Shown: positions 23,121 to 34,635 of the stretch, piece after piece
Layout of the letters: the number at the start of each line of letters is the position of its first letter
How positions within the stretch are numbered: position 1 is the stretch's first letter
Assembly (NCBI GenBank): GCA_964270895.1
Contig: OZ185449.1
Direction: 5' to 3' (one strand)
DNA: 64,000 nt
From: Podarcis filfolensis
Taxonomy: Eukaryota
Position numbers and translations under genes: made by a program
Notes under the pieces: model-generated
Told to the model about the DNA's origin: nothing
Databases searched by the model: none
Seen by the model: only the letters and a program-made list of their open reading frames with translations

Positions 23121-24214
23121 ACCCCACCTCCTGGGCAGGCCGGAAGTGGCTCTGTTTGCCTACAATATCTGCTGATGCTTATTTGAGGCTGATTCTTTTT
23201 CTCCCCATGAAGCATAATGTTTTTATAACAAGAGGTCCAGAATCTTCATGTGTGATTTCAGTAGGAATTGTTGGGTGATGTGGGACTGCTTTGGAGAGGC
23301 TTCTTTTCAGGTTTTGCAATCTTGTGCAGTTCCATTAAGAATGGAAGTATCTTTGGTTTCCTTTGGATGGCATTGGGTTTAAGCCAAGGAATACTGGGAT
23401 TCAAGCTGGGATTCCTGTTGCAATGGGGCAACAATTGGTTGGTTAGTGTTAAGTGGAGATAGCGTTGGTACTATTACTAGAGGAATAGGCAACATGAATT
23501 CACATGCTCTCAACCGCTGATATTCAACTGGTGGGTCGGGACCCACTAGTGCATTGTGTCCTGCTCCAACGTGGGTTGCAACAGGAGAACTACCACCATG
23601 CAAACATATGATGAAAAATTAAGAAACTGGTCCCGAAATGCATATTCAGGTTAAAAGTGGGTCTAAAAAGGTTGAAGATACCTGCTCCAAGCCATGCTGA
23701 CTTCTAGTCTAGTGTGATCTAGGGTTGGTTAGGGGTGGGTTTGCTTTACAGTCCATTAACATGTGTTTAAAACTACAGAACTTCAGGATGTCTTGCCAGA
23801 TAAGGCATAACTAAGCTGTGCTAAGTGATCCTGTGGATGCACTCTTGCTTAAGAATTTAAGAAGTCATTTGCTGGGATCATATTGAGCTCCAGCTAAGTC
23901 CAGCACATTTGCGAAAGTCCCAACAATCAGCAGGCGGCAGATGGTCCAGTTTTTATCTCCCTCCAGATTAAGAATAAGTGGACAGTTTTTACAGTGGAGG
24001 GAAGGAAGATGTGGAATCTCCCCACAACCTGTACCGAGACCAGTTCCTTTTTTTAACTTGGTCAGAAGTGACCTGGAGTTAGGGAGTGAGCAGTGAGTTT
24101 GCAGATCATACCTTGTTATTTTAGTGTTGTGAATGTCCAAATGGGTAGGAAAGAGCCCTGAAAGGGTTGGTTTGCAAATGGGGTGAAAGAGCAACAAAAC
24201 AGAAAGTTAAGATT

Positions 24215-24610
24215 CAGTGTGGGTGTAAAGTGATGTATGCTGGAGCAAATAAATCTTAACGTTCTACACATGCTGAGGGGATTAAGAACAGTTAATCAGG
24301 AAAGACATTTAGGGTGCATGATGAATATATAGATCAATGAAAACATCAAGCCAGTATGAGGCAGCTGGGGGGAAAGGGAAACTCCTTGCTAGGGATTATT
24401 AGGAAAGGATTGAAAAATAAAAGCTGCAGTAGTATAATGCCCTTATACAAATCTATGGTGTGGCCATGCATACAATGCAGTGTATGGTTATGGTCAGTGA
24501 ATCTCAAAAAGAAGAAAGGGCAACCAAAAGCAACTGGAAGGTGGAGGACCTTCCCTATAGGACAAAATTAAAATGTGGCCTTTTTTTAAAGGAAGAAAGA
24601 AGTGACTAAA
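24215..24610 (+). mobile_element. Degenerate CR1 LINE ORF2 fragment
   Basis: Translates to NSLLGIIRKGLKNK...IMPLYKSMVWP, a CR1 ORF2 motif. Confidence 0.75.
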
Positions 24611-27600
24611 TACTGTAATCGAAGAAGAAGAAAAACCTTGCCTGAGAGTAAGTCCTACTGAATTCAATAGGGGTTACTTCTAATGGAACATGATTAGGAT
24701 TGTACTGTAAGGCACAGAATGATGGGCTGCTTAAATTGTACAGGTGTTTCTCCCTCCTTTGTAACACCAGAAGGGATCATAAAAAACAACAACAACATTG
24801 ATTAGTGGTAGATTCAGAAGACAAGAGTTTCTTCATTGCATGCATAATGCAACTTACGGAATTGGCTGCCTTAGGATTCATTTATTTTATTCTATTCCAT
24901 GTATGTCCCTTCTTTCCTCCATAGAGCTTACTGTGGCATACATGTTTCTCCCTCCCCCCTAATGCTACATATATAATGCAGGTCAGATTACCAGGTGCTG
25001 TGCCTACACTGCACATCCGAGATTTATCTATTTTTCTATAGGTTTCATTGTTGTTGTATACATTCATGGAAAAATTTTATGGGCTGTTCTTTTTACTGTC
25101 TATTTTTAAAGAAAGGTGCAATTTGCAGTTTTGAAAGGGGGGAAAGCATTGGCTACTGCTTATACATGTGCAAAACAGTGGCGGGGGCGCAGCATGCTGT
25201 TCAGAGGTCATTGCTGCACTATAAACTGACAGCTATCTTGGAAGATTTTAAACCCCCCCTACCTTTTTCATTCACACATACCCCTTGCTTTTCTGGGCTC
25301 TAATATGCATTTAATAACTTTTTGTAACCCTTGTCGAATACTGTTTTGTGGTGTTCTCTCTCTCTCTGTGTCTTTATTTCTGCTTTTGATCTGTAAAGGG
25401 TGTCCCATTTTTTTTCTTGCAGGTCTTGGTTGCTACTTAAAGCTAATAAACTTGCATATTCCCCCCTCCCCTTCCTTTTGGTGAAAACTTGATCCACAGC
25501 TAGGATGGTTCTCCCCTAGATTTACATTAACAGAAAAAAGGGAAATGCTAAATGCCGTGAAATGTTTTCTCTGTTGAATAAGGTAGCCAAGTTCCTTTTC
25601 CATTTTTTTTTCCTGGCTGGTCCTTTTTAGTAAACTATGCCTCCTTGAGTTAGCTATGCTTTCATTCCGCATTCATTGGCAAGAATGTGGATTGACATCA
25701 TGCTTTGTTATGGGGGGAATTTGGATGAAACTTAAAACATCTGAGTACTCTTCCTCCCTCAAAGATAAGAGGACTGATTCTAATAAGTAAAAATCAAATG
25801 CATTCCAATAGTTCTACTTTTCTTTGGAAGGAGATCACTGCAAAGTCCTCATATGGCCTTGTATCAGTTGAAGAGCACTGTTCACATCTCAGTGTCAATT
25901 CCTGCCATTATCTGTCTTTATTGCACCACCTTCAGGCTTGTGGGGTATACTTTTGCTTTTCACTGAGGACCAGCAGCTGAAGTCAGGTGCCACTGAACCC
26001 AGGAATTTTGCTTTGAAGTGCAAAACCAAGTGGAGCTCCCAGTCCTTCCATACAGAAATGCACTCCTGGCTACCCCCAAGCTTTCTAACATTTCTGCAGT
26101 ACCATTTAAGGCAGGGAGCAGAGTTGTTGTGTTGCTGCTATTCTTAACCAGTTGGGAGTCAGAAATCCTTGAGATCTCCCAGCAGATGCAGATCCACCTT
26201 CTGCCTACCCCAGCCATGAAAGTATGCAATGCAAGGCAAAAAGTGATGCGGCATTCGAAGGATGACAGTGTATTTCCTGCCACTGGGTTTTGATAAACCT
26301 GTCCTGCAGCTTCTCAGGCATAACTGGGGACAGGCTGACACTGATTGTTTTACAGCTGAGGTGGTTTTATCTCCAGGGCCAATATGGTTTTTGTAATGCC
26401 TGTGCAACCAGTAATGCATCTCTGCTTTTTTGCAAGTGAGGAATATAATTCTCTATATATTCCCCCCTTAAAAAAAAAACAAGCCCAACCCTATCTGTTG
26501 CACAAATGGAAGAAAGAGATTGAGGACTGGCTGACTGGCTGATGAAACTACCTCTTAGCTGCAAAGCTGGGTTACACCATGAAGAACCCAGCTGTAACAT
26601 CAGTCTTCACCTTTCACAATGCTTGGATACTCCTGCACTGACTGAAGATGGGTGCAGTAACATATGGGGTTCCAACCACTTGGTCTTTCCTGTCCGTATC
26701 CTTGTGTACCTATTAATACTTCCAGGGTCATGCCTGGAGACTGATGCATGACTGTTTTGCAGAGCATTTCCTAAGTGTATGTCTCATCATTGCGTTTTTT
26801 CCTACAGGACCCTCAGTGTGGGGCATTGCTTCTCCCAGTGTTTTTGAGGGGTCTCTTACCAGTTTCAGCTTTCCTGCTTCAGGTTACCTAAAGTGAAAGA
26901 GAAGGCACACATTCATAACTGAGAATGGCAGGAATTGAAAATAATTGTAAGAGGCCCCCCCTTTCTACCCCCAAAAGGGAGTTGGTATCTGCTTTGCAAA
27001 GCTGTGAAGATAATCTCCCTATTTTTTTTGGGGGGGGGGATAATTTGATAGTTCACTTGGTGCTCATTTTCCAAAATAAGTTATAAGAGCTGGTCTGCCA
27101 TACTGGTTTGCTAAAAATGGCTCAAAGCTCACCGCTGCTAGGTGAGCCACCTCTGTAGGTGACTACCTTCAGTTATTCACTGTTGGCTGGCTCTTAATCT
27201 GTGATGAGTGGATAAGAACGCTGATCTACTTTACAGAGTTGCTCACACTCATTGTGAAGAACAGAGAGTGGTTTTCATCCTTGCTGCAACACTGGGCTAG
27301 GAGGAGAAACCTCCCACCCCAGAGCTGTCATGGGGATGAAAAACATTGACTTAACTTTGTTAGATCTGCTCTTTTGCCTGTTTCCTAAAGTGCTAAGACC
27401 TAACAATATTGCTGTGCCAGAAGAGGATAAGCCCCCTTTGCCAGGTAAATGGAGGTCCAAAGGGAGAGGCTAGGCCCCTGGTTTTTGCAAAGGGCTGGTG
27501 AGCCACTGGAAGTAGCTTCATGGGCTGGATACAGGCGTGTGGGCTTTGCACCCATGTTATGGGAATTAGTGACATAATGTCTGTAAGATGCTTTAAATTA

Positions 27601-28912
27601 CTGAAGCACTAGAATTGTATACTAAGTGTTCCTCCTAAGCCTTGGTAGGCTTAAACATTCCATTGTAGTACTATATTATTGGGGCTGGTTTTGGTCAATG
27701 GCTAATGTTGCTGTTTTGGTACAGGGTTTACATGTAAAGGCTTGAGAGAGAAGTGATTTTATGTACCCTAATCCAGAGAAGAAGATGCACACATGGATCT
27801 CCAAATTAGGGAATGTGGCCGTAAGGCAAATCCAGATGTCCACTCTGCTGCTTTCAGTAGGATCCCCACATAGCTGGATCGGGGGGGGGGGAGACTATAT
27901 AGAGCAGTGGTGGAATCCTGTGCCCCTCCAGGTGTTGCTGGACTCCCAATCCACATCAGCCCAGCCAGCATGGCCAGTGGACAGGGATGGTGAGAACTAA
28001 AGTCTAATAATATATGGAGATTCAAGATTCCCCACGTCCTGAGTTAATTGGTGACCTAGGATGCATAGGCCCAGTTTTACTTCTTACCCTAGAACTTTGA
28101 AACCATTCCTACTGAAGGCAGTAGGATTTCTCACAAGTAAGTGGTTTCAGGTTTTCAGCCTCTCATTTAAACACTGCCAGATACACATTTATGCGGTTTG
28201 ATTTAAACAAACTGTCACTCCATTATCCTCCATTGCTGTGTCAGCTGGTTTATGTTTTTGCTGAAGTTTCATTAATATTGGTTTATTTTATTTTCATTTT
28301 ATCTTCAAGTTTTTAATGTGTTTTTCTTTGTTTTGCAATGTATGCCCTCCTTGCTGAAGTCTAATAAATAAATCTGAGGGTTTTTTAAGAGACCATCCTA
28401 TTTCATTAGTGTCCTTTGATTTATTTCTTTTTACGGGAGCTCCTTCCTTGCTGAAGCCATGGTCATAATCTTAACCAAAGAGGAAGAAAAAGGAGAACAA
28501 AACAGTTTGCAATACGTCTTCCTATCAGCATTCACTAACCTGGTGCCCTCCAGAGGTTTTGGGACTGCTCCAATAGGCAGAGCCTCAGTGCTAGTGCATG
28601 CCCTGAGGCATGGTAAAAATATTGGCAATGCAATAAAAACATACACTGAACAATTGCACATGTAAGATCAGCTCAAACATTTGCATATATAAAAGCAAAC
28701 ATGGAAATAACACATCAAATCACAATACAAATAAGATAGTACCTGGGATTTTAAAAAATCACTTAGAAGAATGTCTTCAACAGATGTTGAAAGGACAACA
28801 CATGTCTGTCTGATGTATAAAGGGAGGGAGTTTCAAAGGGTTGTTGCCACCATAGAGCCTGATTCCTGTATGGAACACTCCTCTTGAGAAGATGGTACCT
28901 GCAGGATGCTCT

Positions 28913-29052
28913 TCTTAGAATCATAGAGTTGGAGGGGACCACGAAAATCATCTAGTCCAACTCCCTGCAGTGCAGGAATCTTTTTGCCCAACTTGGGGCT
29001 TGAACCCACGACTGAGATTACCAATCTTGTGCTCTACTGACTGAGCTAGCCC
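28913..29052 (-). mobile_element. tRNA-Lys-derived SINE with CR1-type 3' tail
   Basis: Minus strand GGGCTAGCTCAGTCAGTAGAGCAC...GTCGTGGGTTCAAGCCCCAAGTTGGGC resembles tRNA-Lys(CTT), fused to ggagttggactagatgat...ccctccaactctatgattct. Confidence 0.8.
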
Positions 29053-29659
29053 TCTCCTGCATAACACAGCAATCAGTTGGGTTATGTAGAGAATAGGCCC
29101 ACCTTTCAGATATTCTTTTCCTGAGCTGTACAGAGCTTTGCACACCTCAACTAGCACCTTGAACTTAACCCAGTAGCTGAATGTCAGTCAGTGCAGTAGT
29201 AGCATAGGATGGTGGTTTTTCCACCATCAGTGAACAGTTGAACTGCCATATCTTACAGTAGTTTCATCTTCTGGCTCAGCCCCTCATAGACCACATTGCG
29301 GTTATCCCACCTGGTGGCTACCAGAGCATGGACAACAGTGGTCATGTTATCTCAGTCCAGAAATGGTTGTAGCTATTTTACTAAACAAAGCTGGTAAAAA
29401 GCACTCCTAGCCACTGAAGCCACCTGGACCTCTAGGGATCTAGACTATGAATTTTCTCGTTTAGGGAGAGTATGATCAGCACCTCTGCATTCCCAGGATT
29501 CAGTGTTAGTTTATTGGTCTTCCAGCTCACTATAGATTTCAGGCACCAGTTCAGGGCTACAACTGCAGTGCTACAGAGAAACAGAACTGGGTTTAGTGAG
29601 CTAATGTACACAAAAACTGCTTGGAATGCATGAAAGCAATAACTGGCTTATAAAATGTA

Positions 29660-29826
29660 CCGTATTTTTCGCTCTATAACACGCACCCGACCATAACACG
29701 CACGTAGTTTTTAGAGGAGGAAAATCCGTAGGCATGCCACCCGTAGGCATTCCCTCCATAACACGCACAGACATTTCCCCTTACTTTCTAGGAGGAAAAA
29801 AGTGAGTGTTGTGGTGCAAAAAATGG
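29660..29826. mobile_element. Short Tc1/mariner (pogo/Tigger-like) MITE
   Basis: TA|CCGTATTTTTCGCTCTATAACACGCAC left end, degenerate right end followed by TA. Same ends as 54919-55635. Confidence 0.7.
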
Positions 29827-30296
29827 TATATAAGCTCTTGGTCTTGAACAAGTCACCAGGTTTTTGCACTCAGACCTCACTGAACCATGGAAGGCCAGCA
29901 ACAACCCTATGCATTACTTGAGCAGTCTCCCTCCCCATTTGAAATGAATGGTGTTACTGGGATGTCACAGGTGCACACAGCAAATGTGATGCTGCCACCA
30001 GGCTAGAAATTTTATTTCTAAAAAAATCTGGGTAAACAGTTGACATGTGTATGTACCTTTGTAATGCTGTGTGCAGCGTTTTCCATTTTGAGTAGCATCA
30101 GACCCTAGAAGTGTGTGTGTGTGCTTTGCAGGGAGGGAGGAGCTGACCGTTATTGATTTGAACATGAAAGCTAGAACTAAGCCAAGTGTGTCTTTGGCCA
30201 TATGCACCAAAAAAAAAAATCAAACTGGGAGAGGGGGCTCTGACATCCACACTAAGCTCCCACTGCAACAGTATACAGAATGCACTCCTGTATTAT

Positions 30297-30800
30297 AAGA
30301 ACATAAGAAGAGCCTGCAGGATAAGGCCAGTGGTCCATAAAGTCCAGCAGGCTGTTCTCGCAGTGGCTGAACAGTTGTCTTTGGAAAACATAAGCAGGAC
30401 CGAAGCACAGAAGCACTCTCCGCTCCTGTGGTCCCCCACAACTGGTAGGTGGAAGCATTGCAGGCAGAGCGTAGCCATCAATAGCTCTCCATGAATTTTA
30501 TCTAATTCTCTTTTAAAGCCATTTAGGTTGGTGGCCATCACTGCCTCCTGTGGGAGTGAGTGCCATAGTTTAACTGTGATGCATAAAGGACTTACTTCCC
30601 TCTGTGCTGAATCTTCCAATGTTCAGCCTCTTTGCATGCCCACAGGTTCTAATGTTGCAAGAGAGGAAGGAAAACTTTTCTCTGTCCACTTTCTCCATGC
30701 CATGCATAATTTTATAAACCTATATCATGTCACCTCTTACTCGCCTAAAGTCCCCAATACTGCAGCCTTTCTTCATAGGTGAGTCACTCCACCCCCTTGA
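30297..30800 (-). mobile_element. CR1 LINE 3' fragment
   Basis: Begins with the reverse-complemented tail aagaacataagaa. Minus-strand translation includes VKLWHSLPQEAVMATNLNGFKRELDK. Confidence 0.85.
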
Positions 30801-30862
30801 TCATATTGATTTTCTGAAGCTTGTGATCACACTGCTGAGTTTAAGCAACTCTCTCTTTACAG

Positions 30863-30963
30863 GGTTTAGGACATGAGCCTCTGTTTTTGGCCACAAGTGG
30901 ATTTATTGAGGCAGTTGATGCTGCTGAGAGGACACCAGATGTGTGTGCAGTGGCTGATTCCAG
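30863..30963 (+). other. Candidate 101-nt internal exon, possibly an upstream exon of the next gene
   Basis: Acceptor ctctctctttacag|G and donor CAG|gtaaaa. Only the phase-0 frame is open across the whole exon (GLGHEPLFLATSGFIEAVDAAERTPDVCAVADS). Confidence 0.5.
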
Positions 30964-31319
30964 GTAAAAAACACAGATTAGCATATGCTCTTGGCTTCCC
31001 AGCTGTTTTATTCTTACTGAACATCATCTGGGAGTGGGTGTTGTAATCAACTAAAAGAAAAAAAGCTTAATTCCATTCTAACCCCTTTTTAAAAAAAGCC
31101 TTCTAAGCTTAGCTTGGCTATTCCTGCTATTTCTGATGTTCAGGCATGGCTGCTGGTACTTACAGAGTCAAAGCTGCATCAGCCACACACAGAAGAAATA
31201 CCAGGCTTGGAGGAGTTTTGCAGAAGTACAAAACATATTGAGAAGAAAAAAACGTCTGGAAGGGGAACCCCCAAAGTAGCCCAGTGAGCAGGGGAGGCTG
31301 GTCCATTAGGGCAAATGGG

Positions 31320-32243
31320 GCATCCATTCATTCATCCATTCATTCATTTCCTAACAATTATACACTGCTTGTAAAAACAAACAAACCAACCTGAAAGATG
31401 TTTACAAAAAAGATAAAATAATAAAACTATCAGTAAGAATAATTAACACCAATTTAAGACTTCCAAAATGTTAATTTTATAAAAAATACAAAACCCTAAA
31501 AACAGATTAAAGCTCACACCAACTTTCTAATCATCTGGGTAGCCTTATCTAAACAAAAATGCTTTTATCAGGCACCAAAAGGTGTACAGTGAAGCTGCCT
31601 GCCTGATATCAATAGGCAGGGAGTTCCAGAGTGTAGATGCTGCCACATTAAAAGATTGTGTTCTTACAAATGTAGAAAGAGTATTATGTGGCACCTGTAA
31701 CAGCGCCAGTTCCACTGATCAAAACAGCAGAGTGGGCATATTATGGGGGTAAGGCAATCTCTTAGGTAAAATGCTCCTAGTGCAGAATGCACAAAAAATA
31801 CATTTCCTAACACCTCAAATTTGGCCATGTAGCAAACTGGCAAGCAGTGCAGATCTTTGAGCACGTGTTACATGTTGACAAGGCCTCACTTCTGTCAGCG
31901 ACTGTGCTACAGCATTCTGTACTAACTGCAAATTCCAGATCAAGCTCAAGGGAAGCCCCTCATATAGCATATTGCAGTAATTCAATCTTGAAGCAACCAT
32001 GTCATGAAGTGGGCATTGACCTATCAACTTTAGCCTGGCCTCAGCCAGCTCCCACCAGCCTGCCTTTTGCCTTACAACCAGTCAGGGTGCAGCTTCAGAA
32101 CAGTGGGCGTGGAGATGCTTCTTCAGGTATACTGGGCCGAGGCCGTTTAGGGCTTTAAAGGTCAGCACCAACACTGAATAGTGCTCAGAAATGTGCTGGG
32201 AGCCAATGTAGGTCTTTCAGGATCGGTGTTATATGGTCTTGGC
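31320..32243 (-). mobile_element. L2 LINE fragments: older copy plus a younger piece at ~32100-32243
   Basis: Minus-strand translations ASRLNYCNMLYEGLP...LQLVQNAVA and DLHCLPV. 32100-32243 closely matches 12560-12700. Confidence 0.8.
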
Positions 32244-34149
32244 GTAAACACATCAGTGCAGGAATATCCTTTTTTTAATATAACAATTCTAAAAAGCTTT
32301 GTTGTTTATGTACTTTCACAGTGATTCAGAGTCTTAATTGGGATGCAGTCTTAAACACCCAGTTATTGAAGAAGAGCAAGTCTGTACTTTGGAGGAACTT
32401 ATGTCTGAATAAATATGCTGAGTTTCTTCAGAGTATGGATCTGACATTAAAGAATGTTTGCACTGCATAGTACAAAATCAACCTAATGACTGATTGTCCA
32501 TCTGCAGAATTTTTTATATTCTGAGCCTGAGAAGAACTTCTCAGAGGAATTTGTAATACATCTGAGCCTTACAAGATCAGCAAAAACATATTTGGAACCA
32601 AGGTGATTCTGAACTTTAGCGGCATGGGTTGTTATACACAAATAGCAGCCCAACATGAAGGGGAAGGGTTGTCTCTCAGTGAAAATGCATTTGCTTTTTA
32701 TGTAGATAGTCCTCATTTCAGTTCCTGGCATTTCCAGGTACTGCTGGGAAGGGCTCCTGCCCGAAACCCTGAAGAGCTGCTGCCAGTCAGTGCAGACAAT
32801 TCTGGGCTAGTTGGACCAATGGACTGACTTAGTATAAGGAATCTCTGTATGTTCATAAAAACCATCACTTTGAGGGTTTGCTATTATTGTTATTACTATT
32901 TCTAATTCATGTGGGGTGAGTAGTCATTTTAATTTAATATTTTAGGGTCCTCGTTCCAATCTCTCAGTTTCAGGGTTTCTCCAACAGTCATTTGCATAAA
33001 ATGACTTTCAGCCTTATCTGCTATGCAGATCTTCAAGAAAGCACAGAGAAATGAGGATCTGGGTGTGTTTTTTCCTGTCAGGTACCCAATTTATGAGCAT
33101 AAAGAGGAAAAGTGTGGTGCCAGTATGATAAACAGTCCTTAAAATCACTATGGCTAAGCAAGTGTAACCCATTTTGACCCGACATCCCCTCAATTGGATC
33201 TGTGTAAAGCCATTACCAAAGGCAGCACCTGTCACCAGGTCTTGAGAGAAAAGCTGAGATCCTTTCCTGTGGGGACCTGGGGGTCAGGTGGCAGTGGAAG
33301 AGGTTGCTTGTGTGCCTTTAGGGAGGCTGCATGATCTAATTAGGCCTAATTCAATTTAAGGAAGTGACAGGAGGGCAGGGGCAAAACCAGAAAAAAGGCA
33401 GGAGGGAGGTATAAACAGACAAAGAGTGATTGGCGGGCAATTATGGCTTGGACAGAATGAAGCCTGAGATTAGGAGGGTAAGTGGCTGTAAAAATTAAGT
33501 GCAAAATTGAATTGGGTAGAGGCCCAACAGGGACAGCTTCTCTGCCCTCCCTTAAATTACAAGCGGGAGGTGGGATATTATAAAGTGAAATGTCTCACAC
33601 ATACATGAAATGGTAGAAACCATTTCTTCTCACAAGTGAAACAGAGCAAACTTTCTATGAGGCCTTGATTAAAAAATGGTAGATTACCATGCACCACATC
33701 AAATTTCTTCAGAGCCTGGGTTTTGATCTGTTTGGTTTGTTTGTTCATTCATGGGGAGTGTCTAGTGCTTCCCGGAAATTTGTCGAACCCTAAAAGTATT
33801 GTGTTTTTTTAATGGATAGTTAACTTGTAGGAGTTTGGACCTGTAACACCAAAAATCAGGTGAAGTTATGTCAAGGTCACATTTAGGTCTCCCGTCTTGA
33901 TCCAAAATGGCACCTGACATCCAACCTCCACCCCCACCTTGGGAACTACCATGCTGAGTTTGGCAATGATATATCGAGATATGTCTGAATCTACAGAGGA
34001 CAAACAGACAAACTACCTTTGAAAATATATAGTAGATTTCCAATTCTTAATTGCTTCCCTGCCTGCCTTTTTACGTGCATCCAACCCATGGGTAGGCCCT
34101 GGTTGTCTACTTGTTCATGCAGTGCATAGTTGAACTATAGATCTCACTC

Positions 34150-34435
34150 CCACAGGAAGCAGTGATGGCCATCATCCTGGGTGGCTTTAAAAAGAGGATT
34201 AGACAAATTCATGAAGGATAAGGCTATCAATGGCTACTAGCCATGATGGCTATGCTTTAGCTTCACTGTTATGTTCTGTATTCGGAAGCATTCAAAACCA
34301 CAGAAGAGGGGAGTAGTCTTGCACTCAGGTCCTGCTTATGAATCTCCTGTTTGCAGCATTTGGTTGCCCACACTGAGAACAGGAAGCTGGACTAGATGGG
34401 CCATTGGCCTGAACCAGCAGGACTCTTCTTATATT
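34150..34435 (+). mobile_element. CR1 LINE 3' end
   Basis: gtgatggcc...ggctttaaaaagaggattagacaaattcatgaaggataaggctatcaatggctactagcc...ctcttcttat. Confidence 0.75.
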
Positions 34436-34504
34436 AGGTTCCTTAATGCTGGGTACAACATTCAGGTAAGTAGCTGTGTTGGTCTGACACAGTCAAAATA
34501 AATA

Positions 34505-34635
34505 AAAAAATGTCCAGTAGCACCTTAGAGACCAACTAATTTTGTTCTGGGTATAAGCTTTCGTGTGCATGCACACTTCTTCAGATACACTGAAACAGAA
34601 GTCGCCACACCCTTATATATAGTGGGAGGGTGGGA
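34505..34635 (-). mobile_element. Penelope-like element terminal fragment
   Basis: gtagcaccttagagaccaactaa...gggtataagctttcgtgtgcatgcacacttcttcagatac resembles reptile Penelope terminal repeats and contains a hammerhead motif. Confidence 0.75.
34551..34588 (-). ncRNA. Minimal type I hammerhead ribozyme motif
   Basis: Minus strand GUAU-CUGAAGA-A-GUGUGCAUGCACAC-GAAA-GCUU-AUAC: core CUGANGA and GAAA, palindromic helix II, GUAU/AUAC helix I and palindromic AGCU helix III. Confidence 0.75.

Noticed and set aside
27200-27300. Box C/D snoRNA starting at GTGATGA
   Set aside because: No box D at a suitable distance.
28986-29052. tRNA-Lys gene
   Set aside because: Anticodon arm is mutated, the variable region is shortened and it is fused to a CR1-type tail, so it is a SINE head.
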